Virus record (IMG/VR): IMGVR_UViG_3300037420_002492
Span: 1 to 24,978 of that record
DNA length: 24,978 nt
Direction: 5' to 3' (one strand)
Origin: a virus
Taxonomy: Duplodnaviria > Caudoviricetes
The notes under the pieces were generated by a model. That model made no database searches. It was not told the DNA's origin and saw only the letters and a program-made list of their open reading frames with translations. Numbering within the stretch: position 1 is the stretch's first letter; the number at the start of each line of letters is the position of its first letter. Shown one piece after another: positions 21,619 through 24,978 of this stretch. The position numbers were made by a program, and so were the translations under genes.

Positions 21619-24600
21619 CTAGGCGATCGCTCTGAGGGCTTCTACATAGGGATTGACCGAGAACGTCAGAACTGTCTCATCAACCCCTTTGAGCTTCAGG
21701 GGGCTTTCCTTGGTCATGATATCTTCATCCAAATAGTCAGCCACCGCAGCAGATACCAAAATGGCACCGGGTTGAGCCGCTTCTTGAAGCCGAGCTGCAA
21801 TATTGACACTAGGACCGATCGCCGTGTAGTCGGAACGCTCATCACTGCCAAACATCCCAACCACGGCGGTTCCTTGGTGAATGCCGCAGCGGAACTGAAC
21901 GCGGTTAATCCCTTGAGCTTCCCAACGCACATTCAGCTCATCCAGTTCAGCATACATTTGACGGGCGGCGGCGATCGAGCGTCGCACCTGTTCATTGGGA
22001 GAGAGTTCTTCCGGTGCCCCAAAAATTGCCAGAATTGCATCTCCCATAAACTTATCGACTGTGCCTCCGTTATCGAAGATCGCCCGCGTCATCTTGGCTA
22101 GATATTCGTTGAGTAATTCAGCCACACGGCGCGATCGTAGGGTATTTGAGAGCTGAGTAAAGCCCACAATATCGCTAAATAGAACCGTCACCATGCGCGG
22201 CTCTGGGCGTAAATCTAAGGACAATTCACCTTTTGCTGCCCGTTGTACCAGCGTCGGCGGTAGGAAACGGCTTAGGACTGACCCGGTAAGATACGTATTG
22301 AGCTGAGACATTCGGTACTCATTTTCCTTGAGAGCCAGCAGGTTTCTCACTTCTGCTAGGAGTTCACGATCGTTGAACGGTTTAGACAAATATGCATCTG
22401 CGCCCCGCTCGACGCCTTCAATTCGGGTATCTTCATCAGCTTTTGCCGTCAACAACACCACTGGAATGCCCTTCAAATCCTCCTGTTCTCGAATCATCCG
22501 AATCATCTCTAGACCCGACACTTTGGGCATCATCAGATCCGTTACGATCAGCGAGGGGTGAAGGGTTTGAGCTTTCTCAAATCCTTCTGCACCGTTGCGA
22601 GCCGTCCAAACTAAGTAGCCTTGATGACGCAAAATTCCCGATACATAGGAGCGGAGGTCAGGATTATCATCGACCACCAAAACTCGTGGTTGATTGGGAG
22701 ATTGAGCACCGTTCAATTCTGGATCGGGCATTCCCGATTCTGCACCGTCCTGAAGCTCCATCTCCAAATCTGCTAATTCAACAGAGGCACGATTCGACTG
22801 AAGTTCAGCAAGCGTATCTTGAACCTGATCCAACGGTAGATGGTTTGAGCCAGTCTGGAGTCGAATCGTGAAGGTCGTGCCCTCGCCATAGGTAGACTCG
22901 ACAAGAACCTGTCCGCCGTGCAGTTCTACCAATTCTTTCACGAGGGCAAGTCCTAATCCTGTCCCTTCGTAGCTGCGGTTTGCCGAGCCTTCTGCTTGGC
23001 GAAATCGCTCGAATAAGTGAGGCAGTTGGTCGGCGCGAATGCCAATGCCCTGATCGCACACCTGCAAAACGCAGTGTTCGCCATCTGGGCGGAGTATTAC
23101 GCGAATGCCCTTTCCGGCAGGCGTAAATTTCATGGCATTGGATAGCAGGTTATACAGGACTTTATCAAATTTCTCCAAATCGAGATACACCGCAGGACAG
23201 TCGCTGAATTCGGTGGAAAGTACCAGTCCTTTTTTATCGCAGTAAGCCCGGAAGGTATCGACAATTTGGCTAACAAACTCCGTTAAGTTGCAGGCATGAA
23301 ATTTCGGCTGCATTCGACCTGCATTCAGGCGCTGTAAATCTAGCAGTTGGTTCACCAAGCGGAGCAGACGGCGAGAATTACGCAGGGCGATCGTCGATTG
23401 CTCCAAGGATAACCCCTGCTGTTGAGCGACCGCACTTTCCAACGGTCCGACCATGAGCGTCAGCGGGGTGCGAAATTCGTGGGAGATATTTTGGAAAAAC
23501 TCTGTTTTCTGGCGATCGAGTTCGATGAGCTTCTCGGCTTGTTCCCGCGTGGTTTGGTATAGGCGGGATTGTTGCACCGCGATCGCAGCTTGGGATGCCA
23601 CCGATTGAGCTAGCTGAATTTCAGACGCCTGCCAATGCCGGGGATGATAGTTCTGCCGCAGAGAAATACTGCCAATGATTTTGCCATCGGTGATTAAGGG
23701 AACGACCAACAGCGCACAGGTCGGCGACCGAAACTCGGAGTGGCTTCGGTCTGGATGATTGTCGAGGCTACTTAATATGACGGGCTGCTGAGTGGCAATG
23801 AGCTGTTGCAGCACCGGATTACCCGCGATCGGAATATTCGATTGCGGCAATTCGTGCTGATCAGGCGCAGTTTGCCAATTCACATCATGCAAACCGACAC
23901 ACTGAACAAATTCATCCTCTTCTGTCCACAGCGATAGAACACACCCATCGACCTGCAATCCCTGTCCGAGTTGTTGGGTAATGGCAGAAAAAATCTCCTG
24001 GGGATCGAGGCTAGATCGAATTGCTGTCGTGATGGTATTGATCAATGCCTCACGTTTTGCCAGTGCCCGGACTTTCTCATAGGCACGGGCTTGAGACAGC
24101 GCCAAGGCAGATTGGTCTGCCACCATTCCCATCAGTTCTACTTCGTCATCTTGCCATTGCCGCGCTTCACCGCAGACATGCAGCGCCAATACTGCTAGTA
24201 GTTCGTCCTGAAGCACGATCGGCACGATTAAGCTAGAGCGAATTCCAGCGTGCTGATAGACCTGCTGATACGCCGCTTGTTGCTGAATCCGAGCGTCCGT
24301 TTCTGTGTCGTGAATCACCTCAATCTGCTGCGTGTCCCAAACCGTCTGAGCTAGGAAAGAAGAATCTTCTAAGCTTGCTTGGGAAAATTCAAACCATTGC
24401 GGCTCAAACTGCCTGCCTTGCAGAGGACACACGATCGCATGGCTGACCTCTAGGGTGCTGCCAATCTTCTCCACGATCGTCTGTAGAATTTCCTCATAGC
24501 TTAAGGCGCTGCGAATGGTGCCCGTAATCGCATTGAGCAGGGATTCGCGTCGAAGTGTGCGCCGAAGTTCTTGAGTTCTGGCTTTGAGTACATTGTGAGT

Positions 24601-24978
24601 ATCAGCGGCTTGACGCACGACCAGCTTGAGTTCGTCGTCATTCCAGGGCTTGGTGACGTACTTAAAGACTTTGCCAGAATTGATGGCTTCTACTAAGTCT
24701 TCGACATCGGTATAGCCCGTTAAAATAATCCGAATAATGTCCGGATACTTGGCGGCTGTGAGACTCAAAAATTCTGTACCACTCATCAGCGGCATTCGCT
24801 GATCAGAGATGATCACCGCTATATCGCCCTCTTGCTCCAACAGGTCTAGCGCCGCCGGACCATTTTCTGCCCGCAGCACTCGAAACTCGCGGTGGAAGGT
24901 GCGATAGAGCAAATCAAGATTATCTGGCTCGTCATCAACTACCAGTAGTTTCTGCTTTTTCACGCTCTGAGATGTCAT
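21619..24978 (-). CDS. cyaC: Hybrid sensor histidine kinase / class III adenylate cyclase (REC-GAF-GAF-HisKA-HATPase-REC-AC, 1119 aa, host)
   Basis: REC (VVDDE, ISDQRMP), two GAF domains, H-box SHEFRTPL, N/G boxes NLLSNAMKF, DQGIGI and GTGLGL, second REC, cyclase motifs LFSDIVGFT, DKFMGDA and GPSVNIAARLQ. This architecture matches cyanobacterial CyaC. Confidence 0.93.
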   Translation of the reverse strand: MTSQSVKKQKLLVVDDEPDNLDLLYRTFHREFRVLRAENGPAALDLLEQEGDIAVIISDQRMPLMSGTEFLSLTAAKYPDIIRIILTGYTDVEDLVEAINSGKVFKYVTKPWNDDELKLVVRQAADTHNVLKARTQELRRTLRRESLLNAITGTIRSALSYEEILQTIVEKIGSTLEVSHAIVCPLQGRQFEPQWFEFSQASLEDSSFLAQTVWDTQQIEVIHDTETDARIQQQAAYQQVYQHAGIRSSLIVPIVLQDELLAVLALHVCGEARQWQDDEVELMGMVADQSALALSQARAYEKVRALAKREALINTITTAIRSSLDPQEIFSAITQQLGQGLQVDGCVLSLWTEEDEFVQCVGLHDVNWQTAPDQHELPQSNIPIAGNPVLQQLIATQQPVILSSLDNHPDRSHSEFRSPTCALLVVPLITDGKIIGSISLRQNYHPRHWQASEIQLAQSVASQAAIAVQQSRLYQTTREQAEKLIELDRQKTEFFQNISHEFRTPLTLMVGPLESAVAQQQGLSLEQSTIALRNSRRLLRLVNQLLDLQRLNAGRMQPKFHACNLTEFVSQIVDTFRAYCDKKGLVLSTEFSDCPAVYLDLEKFDKVLYNLLSNAMKFTPAGKGIRVILRPDGEHCVLQVCDQGIGIRADQLPHLFERFRQAEGSANRSYEGTGLGLALVKELVELHGGQVLVESTYGEGTTFTIRLQTGSNHLPLDQVQDTLAELQSNRASVELADLEMELQDGAESGMPDPELNGAQSPNQPRVLVVDDNPDLRSYVSGILRHQGYLVWTARNGAEGFEKAQTLHPSLIVTDLMMPKVSGLEMIRMIREQEDLKGIPVVLLTAKADEDTRIEGVERGADAYLSKPFNDRELLAEVRNLLALKENEYRMSQLNTYLTGSVLSRFLPPTLVQRAAKGELSLDLRPEPRMVTVLFSDIVGFTQLSNTLRSRRVAELLNEYLAKMTRAIFDNGGTVDKFMGDAILAIFGAPEELSPNEQVRRSIAAARQMYAELDELNVRWEAQGINRVQFRCGIHQGTAVVGMFGSDERSDYTAIGPSVNIAARLQEAAQPGAILVSAAVADYLDEDIMTKESPLKLKGVDETVLTFSVNPYVEALRAIA

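Noticed and set aside
21714-24236. Overlapping ORFs inside cyaC
   Set aside because: Shadow frames of a long, higher-GC, well-supported gene.

Overview
Cyanobacterial chromosomal DNA, judged from the cyaC gene, HIP1 GCGATCGC in the host part and a cyanobacterial-type integrase. Bases 1 to ~20,200 are the right-hand part of a contractile-tailed (myovirus-like) prophage inserted at the 3' end of tRNA-Gly(TCC) at 20210-20280 (- strand); the other end lies left of the window. The minus strand carries a head-neck-tail operon: terS, terL, portal, scaffold, capsid, neck genes, sheath, tube, tail chaperone and tape measure. Next come a divergent regulator pair, a small Xis-like HTH gene, a ~930-aa family B DNA polymerase, a 1-kb structured non-coding region and a tyrosine integrase. 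Host genes follow: a TonB-like Pro/Ser-rich protein and the hybrid kinase/adenylate cyclase cyaC. The main point of interest is that the only replication enzyme visible is a PolB with motifs like the primer-independent piPolBs of normally capsid-less pipolins, suggesting a pipolin-type replicon inside a tailed phage, with plasmid-like antisense control. Also notable: a hidden +1 (not -1) frameshift frame at UUU_CGA in the tail chaperone, two paralogous sRNA-like units, a repeated palindromic operator, and strong CGATCG enrichment without full HIP1 in the phage. All calls come from reading motifs and synteny by eye; no searches were run.
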